Positions 8,294 to 17,261 of a DNA stretch of 61,189 nucleotides are shown piece by piece. Numbering within the stretch: the stretch's first letter is position 1; the number at the start of each line of letters is the position of its first letter. Source of the DNA: Acidobacteriota bacterium. Lineage in GTDB: Bacteria > Acidobacteriota > Blastocatellia > Pyrinomonadales > Pyrinomonadaceae. A program made the position numbers and the translations under genes. The stretch covers positions 1 through 61,189 of the forward strand of contig JBKPAL010000145.1 in NCBI GenBank assembly GCA_046726395.1, given 5' to 3'. The notes under the pieces were generated by a model. It was not told the origin of the DNA, searched no databases, and worked only from the letters and a program-made list of their open reading frames with translations.

Positions 8294-10054
8294 TTAATAC
8301 AGATTGAAGTTGTATTCCAACTGCATCCACATGGAGACCTGTCGGCCATCCTTCGTAGCGGGAACAAACTTAATCAATCGTGCTGCAGCAATTGCCCGTT
8401 CCGTCAGACCATAAGGTAAGCCTGAGACGGCGCGAATCTGTGTCACCTGACCGCCCGACGAAAATACGGCTCTCAGCACCACCGTTCCAACGATCTGATT
8501 CTTGCGAGCTTCTTCCGTGTACTGCGGTTCTGGTTTCGAAAGCACGCGAGCTTTCGAAGTCACATCCTTGCCATTGAATATCTTGTTGTAATCAGCGCCA
8601 CCGCCACCGCCGCCTGGACCACCACCGCCGGCGTTAAAATCACCGCCACCAATGTTGCCACCACGTCCGGGGCCAATACCGCCACCTTCACCAGGTCCAA
8701 TACCACCGCCGGTGCCAGTACCGATGCCGTTACCCGTTCCTGGTCCAGACGATGGCACGGTGCTCTTCGACTTGAAGTCGCCATAAGGAAGTACACGCGC
8801 ATCAGGTGGAACTAACAGCGGATCAGCTACTACGGTTGCAGCTACCGGTAATGAGGGGTTCTTGATCTTCGGAGGATTCGGATCGGGGGCCACGACTTGT
8901 GGCACCTCTAAAGAAGCCTGTGGTGTTTTACCAAACGAAGCAGGCTTCGGATCTTGACGACCACCACCGCCACCGCCGCCGGCTTTCTCTGGCTTTGGCT
9001 TGCTGCCTCCGCCACTTCCCTTGTTCAAACCTGCCGTTCCAGGATCAGGAGTTGGTTGCTCGCTTGGGATATCGAAGATCTGTTCTACCTGGAGGTCTTC
9101 ACTATTCTGAGCGACTTGATTGCGATGTCTCTGCGCGAGAATCTCCATCAGGACATAACTTCCGATCACGCCGAAGATGAAGACGAACGCTACACCCAAT
9201 GCGACCGCTACGTTACGTGAATCCGACGGTTGTGCTCCAGCAACAGCGGCTCCCTGGTCCTTTCCAAACCAAGTAGCAAACGTGGCAGCCAACATACCGA
9301 ATGCTACCAACCCAAAAAGTATCAACGCCGCACGTGAAGCAGTAGCTGAGTTGGTCTTATCCAGTATGGTGATAGCGCCAACCAGCAACAACATTGCCAG
9401 AATCGCAGCGCCGAGCGCGACGACAATATTTCGATTCGCGAAGAACTTACCAGCCATCTGGCCATAACCGACGATTGAACGCTTGGTGAAGCCAAATGGG
9501 TCGCGCTTGAATTCAGGCCACGTCAGCTCATATTCGTGTGCGACAGCCCGCAACTCATCCGCAAGTCTGAGAGCTAGACCGCGATCTTCCATGATCGTCA
9601 GGTGATACTCACCGCGAGGAGCAACAACATGGGAAACATTCGCTGCGGGGGCCGCGATGGTCGGGGCAGCGGCAATCACTGGCTCACTGATCGGCGGTGG
9701 AGTAGCTAAAGAAAAAGCGGTTGAAGACGGCTGAACCGGTACGGAAGTTATGGTGCTGTCTTCAACCTTCCGGACCTGACCATTCAGGGGCGTTCCGTCT
9801 ACGGGACAAAAACTGAATTTGTCCGCGTACTCTTCACTGCAGGTGGAACAAAACTTCATCGCGACTACCTCGTTTTTCGTTTGAGAAGACAGGATCGATC
9901 CGGCCAAGGCATCGGCCCCTCTAAACTCCTGATGATAACTGTTTACGACGCGCTTATCGAGAGCATTAGAAGGATCTGGAGCATTCCAGCGTTCGAGAAC
10001 TTTCTTAAGCTCATCTTCCGAAATGAATTCGTCTCCGGGTTCGATGCTGCTCAT
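8294..10054 (-). CDS. Membrane protein with N-terminal zinc ribbon, 3 predicted TM helices, Gly/Pro-rich linker and C-terminal TonB_C domain; positional anti-sigma candidate
   Basis: Has a CSTCSEEYADKFSFCPVDG zinc ribbon and hydrophobic segments around residues 205-310. Long GGGxG low-complexity tracts follow. The C-terminal ~80 aa (YTEEARKNQIVGTVVLRAVFSSGGQV...KFVPATKDGRQV) match the TonB C-terminal pattern. The start overlaps the ECF sigma stop by 4 nt (ATGA). Confidence 0.7.
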   Translation of the reverse strand: MSSIEPGDEFISEDELKKVLERWNAPDPSNALDKRVVNSYHQEFRGADALAGSILSSQTKNEVVAMKFCSTCSEEYADKFSFCPVDGTPLNGQVRKVEDSTITSVPVQPSSTAFSLATPPPISEPVIAAAPTIAAPAANVSHVVAPRGEYHLTIMEDRGLALRLADELRAVAHEYELTWPEFKRDPFGFTKRSIVGYGQMAGKFFANRNIVVALGAAILAMLLLVGAITILDKTNSATASRAALILFGLVAFGMLAATFATWFGKDQGAAVAGAQPSDSRNVAVALGVAFVFIFGVIGSYVLMEILAQRHRNQVAQNSEDLQVEQIFDIPSEQPTPDPGTAGLNKGSGGGSKPKPEKAGGGGGGGRQDPKPASFGKTPQASLEVPQVVAPDPNPPKIKNPSLPVAATVVADPLLVPPDARVLPYGDFKSKSTVPSSGPGTGNGIGTGTGGGIGPGEGGGIGPGRGGNIGGGDFNAGGGGPGGGGGGADYNKIFNGKDVTSKARVLSKPEPQYTEEARKNQIVGTVVLRAVFSSGGQVTQIRAVSGLPYGLTERAIAAARLIKFVPATKDGRQVSMWMQLEYNFNLY

Positions 10055-10644
10055 TTCAAACTGTTCTCCAAAGTAACAATTTCCGGATCACTATTCAAAT
10101 AAGGCGCCAGCGCGCTTTTGACTCGCTGACGAGCCCTATGAAGCCGCGATTTAACGGCCCCAACATCTGTGCCGACCACTCTCGCTATCTCACTGAGCGG
10201 CAAGTCTTCGTACTCGAAAAGAACCAATGCCTCTCGTTGTAATGGAGGCAATTGTGAGACAGCTTCTCGTACCCTCTCTGCCAACTCCTCCCTCAACAAC
10301 CGCCGGAGCGGATGCTGGTTCGCTGGAGTCAGCGGCTCTTCCTCCAAATCGTCTAGAGCGGCCTCACGGCCCGAACGGCGAAACTGTTTGAACGCAAGAT
10401 TACGGGCCGCCGCATAAAGATAAGTCCTCAAAGAACCGTGTGCGGGATTAAAATTGCCCGCATTTCTCACCACGTTCAGGAAGCAATCGTGCGTGACATC
10501 CTCAGCCAAGTCAGCACCGCCCAAAAGCCGGTAGGCAAAACGAAAAATCGGAATCCGGTAGCGTTCATACAATTCAACGAAAGCCGCCTGGTCACCTCTC
10601 CCTGCCTTTACCAGCAAAACCTCGTCTGTGATTCTCTCTGGCAA
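10051..10644 (-). CDS. ECF-type RNA polymerase sigma-70 factor
   Basis: Region 2 (FVELYERYRIPIFRFAYRLLG...DVTHDCF) and the region 4 HTH (LSEIARVVGTDVGAVKSRLHRARQRV) are both present. Length of 197 aa fits the family. Confidence 0.93.
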   Translation of the reverse strand: MPERITDEVLLVKAGRGDQAAFVELYERYRIPIFRFAYRLLGGADLAEDVTHDCFLNVVRNAGNFNPAHGSLRTYLYAAARNLAFKQFRRSGREAALDDLEEEPLTPANQHPLRRLLREELAERVREAVSQLPPLQREALVLFEYEDLPLSEIARVVGTDVGAVKSRLHRARQRVKSALAPYLNSDPEIVTLENSLK

Positions 10645-10865
10645 TCAAGCACTCGATCCTGCAGGAGCCTGCTTCCTGCTCTTTAATATCCATATAAAGC
10701 TAAAAGGATACGGTGTTCTATAGAACTTTCTTGATTTAGGGGCAGATGGCTCAAGAAACCGGCGCCACCGTCAGGATTATACTCTCGTTCAGATTTGGCT
10801 GATCGGCACACCCGACCCTTACCATTGTCGAATCAAGCGGTTGGATGCGCTGTCAGGGCAAACGG

Positions 10866-10894
10866 TTGACGGGTAATTTACCCGCCTCTAAGAT
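10866..10894 (+). promoter_or_regulatory. Candidate sigma-70 promoter upstream of the M16-like gene
   Basis: TTGACG (10866-10871), a 17-nt spacer, then TAAGAT (10889-10894). Confidence 0.3.
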
Positions 10895-10941
10895 GTTTTT
10901 GTCCCCTGGCTCTGTCGATTCTTAACGTTCAGCATCTCTTT

Positions 10942-12378
10942 TTGCGGCGCCGCAAACTGGTCAGCAGCCTTATGATTCCAGCTTCATCTCTGATCCATCC
11001 ACGCAAGGTCGCACTTCTGGGCTTGTTACTGATGATGACTTTCCTGCGCATCGCCAGTGCACAGGTCTCTCCAGAGCCCCAACGAGAGCAGTTATTGAAC
11101 GGACTGCGTGTTCTTATCTGGCACCGTCCAGGAGAAGAAGATGTCTTGATCAAGCTTAGAATCCACAGTGGAGCTGCGTTTGACCTTGCGGGTAAGTCAG
11201 GCGAGATGGCCTTGCTGGGAGACATTCTCTTTCCTGATCCGGCGACCCGAGAATACTTTACGGACCAGATGCAGGGTCGTCTGAATGTAACGACGAATTA
11301 CGACTCAATGACGGTGACGATGCAAGGAAAGACTGCAGAGTTCGAGAGAATCGTTGAGATCCTTAGGAACGGACTGGTGTCCACTCAGTTGACGCCAGAA
11401 ATCGTCAGTAGTGTGCGTGAAGGTCGAATCAAGATCGTAAAAGAAACCAGCGTTTCATCCAGCACGTTGGCCGACCGAGCGATCGCGACACGATTGTTCG
11501 GTGACTTTCCTTACGGCCAGCCCTATTCCGGCTCGACGGAATCAATCGCCCGCGTTGAACGAGCAGATTTGATGCTCGCTCGTGATCGTTTTCTCAATCC
11601 GAACAATGCGACGCTAGTTGTGAGCGGCGGGGTCCAGACAGCGAGAGTAATGCGAACGTTGCGTCAACTGTTAGGAAGCTGGCGGAAGAGCGAGCACATT
11701 GTGCCGTCCACTTTTAAGGAGGCGGCATCTCCAGATTTAAGAACTCTAATCGTAAATGCTCCCGCGGATGACAGCGTCGAAATTAGGTTAGCCAGCCGAG
11801 GACTGTCGCGCTCTGATCGCAATTCGGCGGCTGCTGACGTACTAGCGAATGTAATGCGAAGCAGGTGGGAACAGGCGCTCCCTGAATTAGCTCGAAGTCC
11901 TGTTTTTGTAAGACATGAATCACGACAAATGCCCGGCATCTTTGTAATGGGAGCGACGGTTAAGAGTGCCATTGCGGCAAGATCCCTGTCAGTGGCAAGA
12001 GACATTTTGAGAAAAGCGATGGATAGTCCAGCTATTGGTCCCGAACTTGAGCAAGCCAAGCGGGAGGCTCTTGTCGTCTTTGAAAAAGCGCTTTCGAAAC
12101 CTGATAGCACCGCTGACGCATGGCTGGACCTCGATACCTATAAACTGAAGTCGGTCAGTGACCAGAGAATGGCTCTTGAGAGCGTTTCGGCCGCTGACCT
12201 ACAGCGAGTTGCGAGACAACTACTTGGCAAGGGGCTCGTGGCCTCAATTGCAGTAGGAAAAGCAGACCAGCTCAAGTCAGAACTCGAGCGCGAAAATACC
12301 GTGGAAGTGCTGGGAGTTGTGGAACCGAAGCCTAGCCCAACTCCCGCACCGAAAACGGCGACCTCGACCACGCCTTAA
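10942..12378 (+). CDS. M16 (pitrilysin/insulinase) family protein, probably a non-catalytic subunit
   Basis: Has a signal-like N-terminus and the two-domain M16 layout. No HxxEH zinc motif is visible at the expected position (GEMALLGDILF instead). The start may be the internal Met at 10972. Confidence 0.65.
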   Translation: MRRRKLVSSLMIPASSLIHPRKVALLGLLLMMTFLRIASAQVSPEPQREQLLNGLRVLIWHRPGEEDVLIKLRIHSGAAFDLAGKSGEMALLGDILFPDPATREYFTDQMQGRLNVTTNYDSMTVTMQGKTAEFERIVEILRNGLVSTQLTPEIVSSVREGRIKIVKETSVSSSTLADRAIATRLFGDFPYGQPYSGSTESIARVERADLMLARDRFLNPNNATLVVSGGVQTARVMRTLRQLLGSWRKSEHIVPSTFKEAASPDLRTLIVNAPADDSVEIRLASRGLSRSDRNSAAADVLANVMRSRWEQALPELARSPVFVRHESRQMPGIFVMGATVKSAIAARSLSVARDILRKAMDSPAIGPELEQAKREALVVFEKALSKPDSTADAWLDLDTYKLKSVSDQRMALESVSAADLQRVARQLLGKGLVASIAVGKADQLKSELERENTVEVLGVVEPKPSPTPAPKTATSTTP

Positions 12379-12438
12379 CTAATTACAAAGCTTTCGCAAT
12401 CCGCTTGCAACCATACCTTCATCAAGTTTCGGTTAACT

Positions 12439-13164
12439 GTGCCTGACGAGATAAGTGCAGCCGCAAACGAGCACGCTCATCGAGTCCGCGAAATGTTCGC
12501 GACGATAGCTGCTCGGTATGACTTCCTAAATCATCTCTTATCGGGCAATGTAGACAAGAGATGGCGGCGCCAAGTAGCAAAAATAGTCAAAGAGAGTTGG
12601 CCCTCGGATGGGGGTCGTATTCTTGACATAGCGTGCGGCACTGGCGACCTTTCACTAACGCTATTTGAAACAATCGGAGCAACTGTGGTCGGGACAGATT
12701 TTTGCCGACCGATGCTTGATATCGCAGCCGCAAAATCCATCGCTAAAGAAGGTGTTGTTTTTATCGAGGGTGACGCGTTACGGCTGCCGTTTCAGGATCA
12801 ATCGTTCGAGGCAGCGACGATTGCCTTTGGATTGCGGAACCTGGCAAGCGTGGACCAGGGATTGAAAGAAATGTTTCGAGTATTGCGACCCATGGGGACG
12901 ATTGCAGTACTCGAATTCTCTAAACCGGTAGTTCCCGGATTCAGTTTGTTGTTTCGGCTTTACTTCACCAAGCTGCTGCCGTTTGTGGGTGGTTTAATCA
13001 GTGGATCGCGGCGCGCCTATGGGTATCTCCCGAGTTCAGTCTCAACTTTTCCAGGGCAAGAGAGACTGGCGGCGCTGATGCGGCAAGCCGGCTTTGAGGA
13101 AGTGCGTTACGAGAACTTAACGGGAGGAATAGCGGCTTTACACGTGGGCAGGCGGCCCAGTTGA
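12439..13164 (+). CDS. ubiE: Demethylmenaquinone/ubiquinone C-methyltransferase (UbiE/MenG family)
   Basis: The N-terminus VREMFATIAARYDFLNHLLSGNVDKRWRR is typical of UbiE. The SAM-binding motif I LDIACGTGDL is present. Uses a GTG start. Confidence 0.88.
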   Translation: MPDEISAAANEHAHRVREMFATIAARYDFLNHLLSGNVDKRWRRQVAKIVKESWPSDGGRILDIACGTGDLSLTLFETIGATVVGTDFCRPMLDIAAAKSIAKEGVVFIEGDALRLPFQDQSFEAATIAFGLRNLASVDQGLKEMFRVLRPMGTIAVLEFSKPVVPGFSLLFRLYFTKLLPFVGGLISGSRRAYGYLPSSVSTFPGQERLAALMRQAGFEEVRYENLTGGIAALHVGRRPS

Positions 13165-13208
13165 TCTTCGACAGATTGGTTGCAAGTGATCATTTTGTTT
13201 GCAGCCAT

Positions 13209-13293
13209 AAGAACGTAGCCCGGGGTTAGCTTCGTGAGCGTGCGGTTGTCGGGGCCGTGCACCCATTTTTGCTGGATCGCGGGCTACGTTCTT
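13209..13293. repeat. Hairpin element with perfect 14-nt arms
   Basis: AAGAACGTAGCCCG (13209-13222) and CGGGCTACGTTCTT (13280-13293) are exact reverse complements flanking a 57-nt GC-rich core. Confidence 0.6.
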
Positions 13294-13358
13294 CTATTCC
13301 AACTACTCTCTTCTCAGCTGGGGGGCGTGAGGGAAGTAGTAACTTAGCTACGCTCGAA

Positions 13359-13386
13359 GGGGCACAGTAACTGCTGTGCCCCTTTT
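13359..13386 (+). terminator. Intrinsic terminator
   Basis: GGGGCACAG-TAACTG-CTGTGCCCC followed by TTTT. It lies ~200 nt downstream of the ubiE stop. Confidence 0.7.
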
Positions 13387-13424
13387 GCTGTTATTATCCG
13401 CACGCATACTTATCCCCATCTCAA

Positions 13425-14444
13425 TTGAGACACGCCCGGGTGCGTTCTACTTCAAAGTATAAGATCCTTGGTGGACTGCGGCGGTTCGCAATCTTGCTGC
13501 TGGTAGTGTGGACGGTTGTGTCACTGGTGACTCTGCTGATAGAGCTTGTTCCCGGTGATCCTGCTGTAGCCGTTCTGGGTGAGCAGGCAACGCCGGAACA
13601 GTTTGAGCAGTTTCGTCAAAAGCACGGCCTCGATCGACCGCCGTTCTTCTTTTCATTTCCGGGCGATACCAATGGAGGTCGCCATTTTCAGTGGCACGGC
13701 GTCGACAATCGTTACACAGACTATTGGCGCGGAATACTCCACGGAGATATGGGTCTGTCGTTTCGTACCGATAGACCAGTTGTGGATCTTATTCTTGAAC
13801 GCTACCCCGCAACCATTGAACTGGCCATTGCTTCCCTTCTTATCGCTGTCATCATCGCCATACCACTCGGAGTCATAGCCGGCAGTCATCGGGGAACTCT
13901 GATCGACAATTTCGCGTCGTTCATTGCTCTAATCGGAATTAGCCTGCCTGGATTCGTCATAGGCCCGATGCTGATTTATATATTCTCGGTGAAGCTGCAA
14001 TGGGTTGGTGGATACGGCCGCGAAGACTGGTCGTTTCTCATTCTTCCGTCGGTGACTTTGGGGGCCGCACTATCAGCGATTCTCACACGCATGGTGCGAT
14101 CGTCTGTGATCGAAGAGTTGGGTGAAGACTACGTGCGTACCGCGCGGGCTAAAGGCTTGAGCGAGACCATGGTGGTTTACAAGCACGTATTGAAGAATGG
14201 ATTGATTCCAGTTGTGACAATTCTAGGTTTGCAACTCGGCATCTTGCTTGCAGGCGCGATCATCACTGAGAAAATTTTCGGATGGCCAGGCCTGGGTTTG
14301 CTCCTGGTCGAAGACGGAATAGGCAAACGCGACTATCGGGTTGTGCAGGGATGCGTGCTTGTGATCAGTATGACTTACATTGTGGCAAACACCTTGACGG
14401 ACATGGTCTATCGTTGGCTGGATCCGCGAATCAGAGTGGGGTGA
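13425..14444 (+). CDS. ABC transporter permease, Dpp/Opp B-type (BPD_transp_1)
   Basis: Has the N-terminal ELVPGDPA motif and the EAA-loop region EDYVRTARAKGLSE. Six TM segments are predicted. The start codon is uncertain (TTG 13425 or GTG 13440). Confidence 0.88.
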   Translation: MRHARVRSTSKYKILGGLRRFAILLLVVWTVVSLVTLLIELVPGDPAVAVLGEQATPEQFEQFRQKHGLDRPPFFFSFPGDTNGGRHFQWHGVDNRYTDYWRGILHGDMGLSFRTDRPVVDLILERYPATIELAIASLLIAVIIAIPLGVIAGSHRGTLIDNFASFIALIGISLPGFVIGPMLIYIFSVKLQWVGGYGREDWSFLILPSVTLGAALSAILTRMVRSSVIEELGEDYVRTARAKGLSETMVVYKHVLKNGLIPVVTILGLQLGILLAGAIITEKIFGWPGLGLLLVEDGIGKRDYRVVQGCVLVISMTYIVANTLTDMVYRWLDPRIRVG

Positions 14445-14480
14445 ATAAATTTTAAAATTATAAATTTGAATTTTAAATTT
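14445..14480. repeat. 36-nt almost pure A/T tract between the two permease genes
   Basis: AATAAATTTTAAAATTATAAATTTGAATTTTAAATTT has a single G and contains the perfect palindrome AATTTTAAAATT. It stands out in an otherwise moderately GC-rich window. Confidence 0.6.
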
Positions 14481-14494
14481 CAGATTCTGTTCCT

Positions 14495-15310
14495 ATGAAT
14501 CGACTCACAATCATCGGACTCGTGATTGTAACGATGCTGGTTGTCATAGCGATTTTTGCGCCGTGGATCGCCACGCAGGATGTCGGCGCCACCGACCTGA
14601 CCATGCGCTATCTGCCGCCATCTGCTTCACACTGGTTCGGCACTGACTCCACCGGACGCGACATCTTTTCGCGAGTGGTTTTCGGTACACGAATATCGCT
14701 CGAGGTTGGCATTGTCGTGGTTACAGTATCCGCTGCAGTGGGAACGGCTCTTGGTGCGTTGGCTGGGTACTACGGCGGTTGGATCGATCGCTTTATCTCT
14801 GGCTACGTATTCAATGTCTTCCTTGCCTTCCCCGGATTGCTGTTAGCGATCGCCATGGTGGCATTCTTAGGCGCTGGTTTGAACAAACTGATTCTCGCTC
14901 TTTGCATTATCGGCTGGGTTGGATATGCGCGCTTGATTAGAGGCCAGGTCTTGAAGGTTCGTGAATACGACTTCGTTCAAGCTGCCCGCGCACTTGGCGC
15001 AAGCGATCCACGAATACTGTTTTTCCACATCCTTCCTAACGCGATTCAACCACTAATCGTGCAAGCAAGTTTGGGAATGGCAGGTGCGGTTCTGTCTGAG
15101 GCTTCGCTCTCGTTTCTCGGTCTGGGAGTTCCTCCGCCCACGCCCTCATGGGGTGTGATGATTGAAGAAGCGCGAGATCTATCGACTCTGCAGGCGGCAC
15201 CACATGCGTTGATCTTCCCAGGGATTGCCATTGCTCTTACCGTTTTGGCGTTCAACTTCATCGGTGATGGTTTGCGCGAGTATTTGGATCCACGGCAGAG
15301 AGCGCGCTGA
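14495..15310 (+). CDS. ABC transporter permease, Dpp/Opp C-type (BPD_transp_1)
   Basis: The EAA region FVQAARALGASDPRILFFHILPN and the N-terminal HWFGTDSTGRDIFSRV are typical of DppC/OppC. Confidence 0.88.
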   Translation: MNRLTIIGLVIVTMLVVIAIFAPWIATQDVGATDLTMRYLPPSASHWFGTDSTGRDIFSRVVFGTRISLEVGIVVVTVSAAVGTALGALAGYYGGWIDRFISGYVFNVFLAFPGLLLAIAMVAFLGAGLNKLILALCIIGWVGYARLIRGQVLKVREYDFVQAARALGASDPRILFFHILPNAIQPLIVQASLGMAGAVLSEASLSFLGLGVPPPTPSWGVMIEEARDLSTLQAAPHALIFPGIAIALTVLAFNFIGDGLREYLDPRQRAR

Positions 15311-15319
15311 ATTACACAT

Positions 15320-16375
15320 ATGGTTTCAGTTTCCGATGAAGAAAGCAGAGTGTCTTCGGCCAAAAAGTCCCCGCACAATTCTGCAGCCAATCCGATATCA
15401 ATCTCGATCAACCATTTATCCAAAACCTATCCAGTTCCCTTCGCGCGCCTCAAGACTCTTCTAAGACGAACCTTCAAACCGCCGGTGGAAGCTCTGCGCG
15501 ACGTCTCGTTTAATGTAGAGACCGGGCAGATCTTCGGACTGATTGGGCGTAACGGCGCAGGGAAAACTACTCTGACTAAGATCATTGCCACTCTCGTACA
15601 ACCAACTTCAGGAACCGTGAGCGTCAACAATCATGACAGTGTGGTAGAGGACGAGCACGTTCGATCACAACTCGGATTGGCTGGCGCAGAAGAACGGAGT
15701 TTTTACTGGAGACTAACTGGAGAACAGAACCTTCTCTTTTTCGCACGGCTATACGGAATGAGCGATAAGGCTGCCACGGTTCGAATCCAGGAACTCTTCA
15801 GCATGTTTGAGCTGCACGAGGTTTCGAGACGGCGTTTTGGCGAACTCTCAACGGGAAACAAGCAGCGACTCGCTGTTGCGCGAGCGCTCTTATCAAATCC
15901 GCCGGTGCTGCTTCTTGATGAGCCTACACGTTCGCTCGATCCGCTCGCAGCTTCCCGAATGCGGGAGCTCATCACGTCTCTCGCCCGAAAAGAGCCGCCA
16001 ACCACAATATTGTTTACTTCACACAATCTCGCTGAGGTAGAAACGTTGTGTGATCGTGTGGCCATCATCAGTCGCGGTGAAATTAAAGCGATAGATACTC
16101 CGGAAAATCTGCGGGCCCTAACTTCGAATACCGAGCGCATTGTGATCACAGTGGTAGGGCTTAGTGACGGATTGGAACCAAAGCTGACACGAGACTTCGC
16201 TAAGTTCGACATAAGCCGAAATGGTGACTACTGCACGCTGACATTCGAACGAGATCTGGAAGATGACAACCTCGACGTCGTGCTCCGTCAGATTCAGACG
16301 GGCGGCGGCAGGATCAAGAGCATCCAGTCCGTACGTCCAACACTCTTGGATGTGCTTGAGAGTTACGAAAACTGA
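15320..16375 (+). CDS. ABC transporter ATP-binding protein, ABC-2 (DrrA/NatA-like) type
   Basis: Has Walker A GRNGAGKTT, signature LSTGNKQRL and Walker B VLLLDEPT. A C-terminal extension of ~100 aa is present. It lacks the GESGSGKS-type Walker A of DppD/F. Confidence 0.88.
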   Translation: MVSVSDEESRVSSAKKSPHNSAANPISISINHLSKTYPVPFARLKTLLRRTFKPPVEALRDVSFNVETGQIFGLIGRNGAGKTTLTKIIATLVQPTSGTVSVNNHDSVVEDEHVRSQLGLAGAEERSFYWRLTGEQNLLFFARLYGMSDKAATVRIQELFSMFELHEVSRRRFGELSTGNKQRLAVARALLSNPPVLLLDEPTRSLDPLAASRMRELITSLARKEPPTTILFTSHNLAEVETLCDRVAIISRGEIKAIDTPENLRALTSNTERIVITVVGLSDGLEPKLTRDFAKFDISRNGDYCTLTFERDLEDDNLDVVLRQIQTGGGRIKSIQSVRPTLLDVLESYEN

Positions 16376-16378
16376 GTC

Positions 16379-17206
16379 ATGAATTCGCTGCGACTACTTC
16401 CCCGACGAATCTACGCGTTTCTGGCGCGCGACTTCCGACTGTTCGTCAGTTATCGCATGCAGTTTTTTCTGCGAGTTCTCTCAGTGCTCGGCATTGTCAC
16501 TACACTCTTTTTTATTTCGAAGATCTTTGTTGGATTTACTGATGCTCGTTTTTCGCAGTGGCGGGATCCACTCGCGGCCTGGCTGACCGGACTCGCAGTC
16601 CTGAACTATTTCATGACCGGTTTTTCGAGTTTGGCCACAGCAATTCGGCAGGAGCAGATGCAGGGCACGCTTGAAAGCGTTCTACTTACACCGATCAACC
16701 TCCCAACAGTTATCGTTTCCAGCTCTGCCTGGGATTTTGTGCAGGCGACCTTCTTCTCATTTCTCTATCTCTTTTTCGGTTGGGTCTTTTTCGATGTGCA
16801 TTACGTTGGCAGTTTCTCGTTGGCTCTGGTCTTCCTGCTCCTAACGACGTTCGTGCTGGCGTGTTTGGGAATCCTATCGGCGAGCTTCGCAATGGTTTTC
16901 AAACGCGGAGATCCGTTTGGCATGTTTCTGGGCACAGGCTCAGCCCTGTTCTCAGGAGTGTTCTTTCCTACTCAACTGCTTCAGGAGCATGCCGGCTCAG
17001 TAAGCGCTCTGTCGAAAGTTCTGCCGCCAACGTATGGTTTGGATGGCATTCGCCGCGTCTTGATTGAAGGTCAGACGATTTCTCAAGTGACAGAACCTCT
17101 AGTCACACTACTGGTGATGTTGTTGGCACTGTTGCCGTTTTCGCTTTGGGTTTTTGGCCGCGCAGTGCGCCGAGCCAAGCGAGAAGGAAGTTTGATTCAG
17201 TATTAG
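16379..17206 (+). CDS. ABC-2 type transporter permease
   Basis: Six hydrophobic segments. Located 3 nt after the ABC-2 ATPase. Length and topology are typical of ABC-2 membrane components. Confidence 0.7.
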   Translation: MNSLRLLPRRIYAFLARDFRLFVSYRMQFFLRVLSVLGIVTTLFFISKIFVGFTDARFSQWRDPLAAWLTGLAVLNYFMTGFSSLATAIRQEQMQGTLESVLLTPINLPTVIVSSSAWDFVQATFFSFLYLFFGWVFFDVHYVGSFSLALVFLLLTTFVLACLGILSASFAMVFKRGDPFGMFLGTGSALFSGVFFPTQLLQEHAGSVSALSKVLPPTYGLDGIRRVLIEGQTISQVTEPLVTLLVMLLALLPFSLWVFGRAVRRAKREGSLIQY

Positions 17207-17261
17207 TGGGTAGCTGTACCAAAGACTCAATGAAATTGCACTTGGTCGAGGATTGATGATT

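Noticed and set aside
8560-8802. 80-aa minus-strand ORF and the plus-strand ORFs 8899-9467 inside the TonB-like gene
   Set aside because: These are alternative-frame readings of the Gly/Pro-rich low-complexity region. The long frame with the zinc ribbon, TM helices and TonB_C domain is the coherent one.
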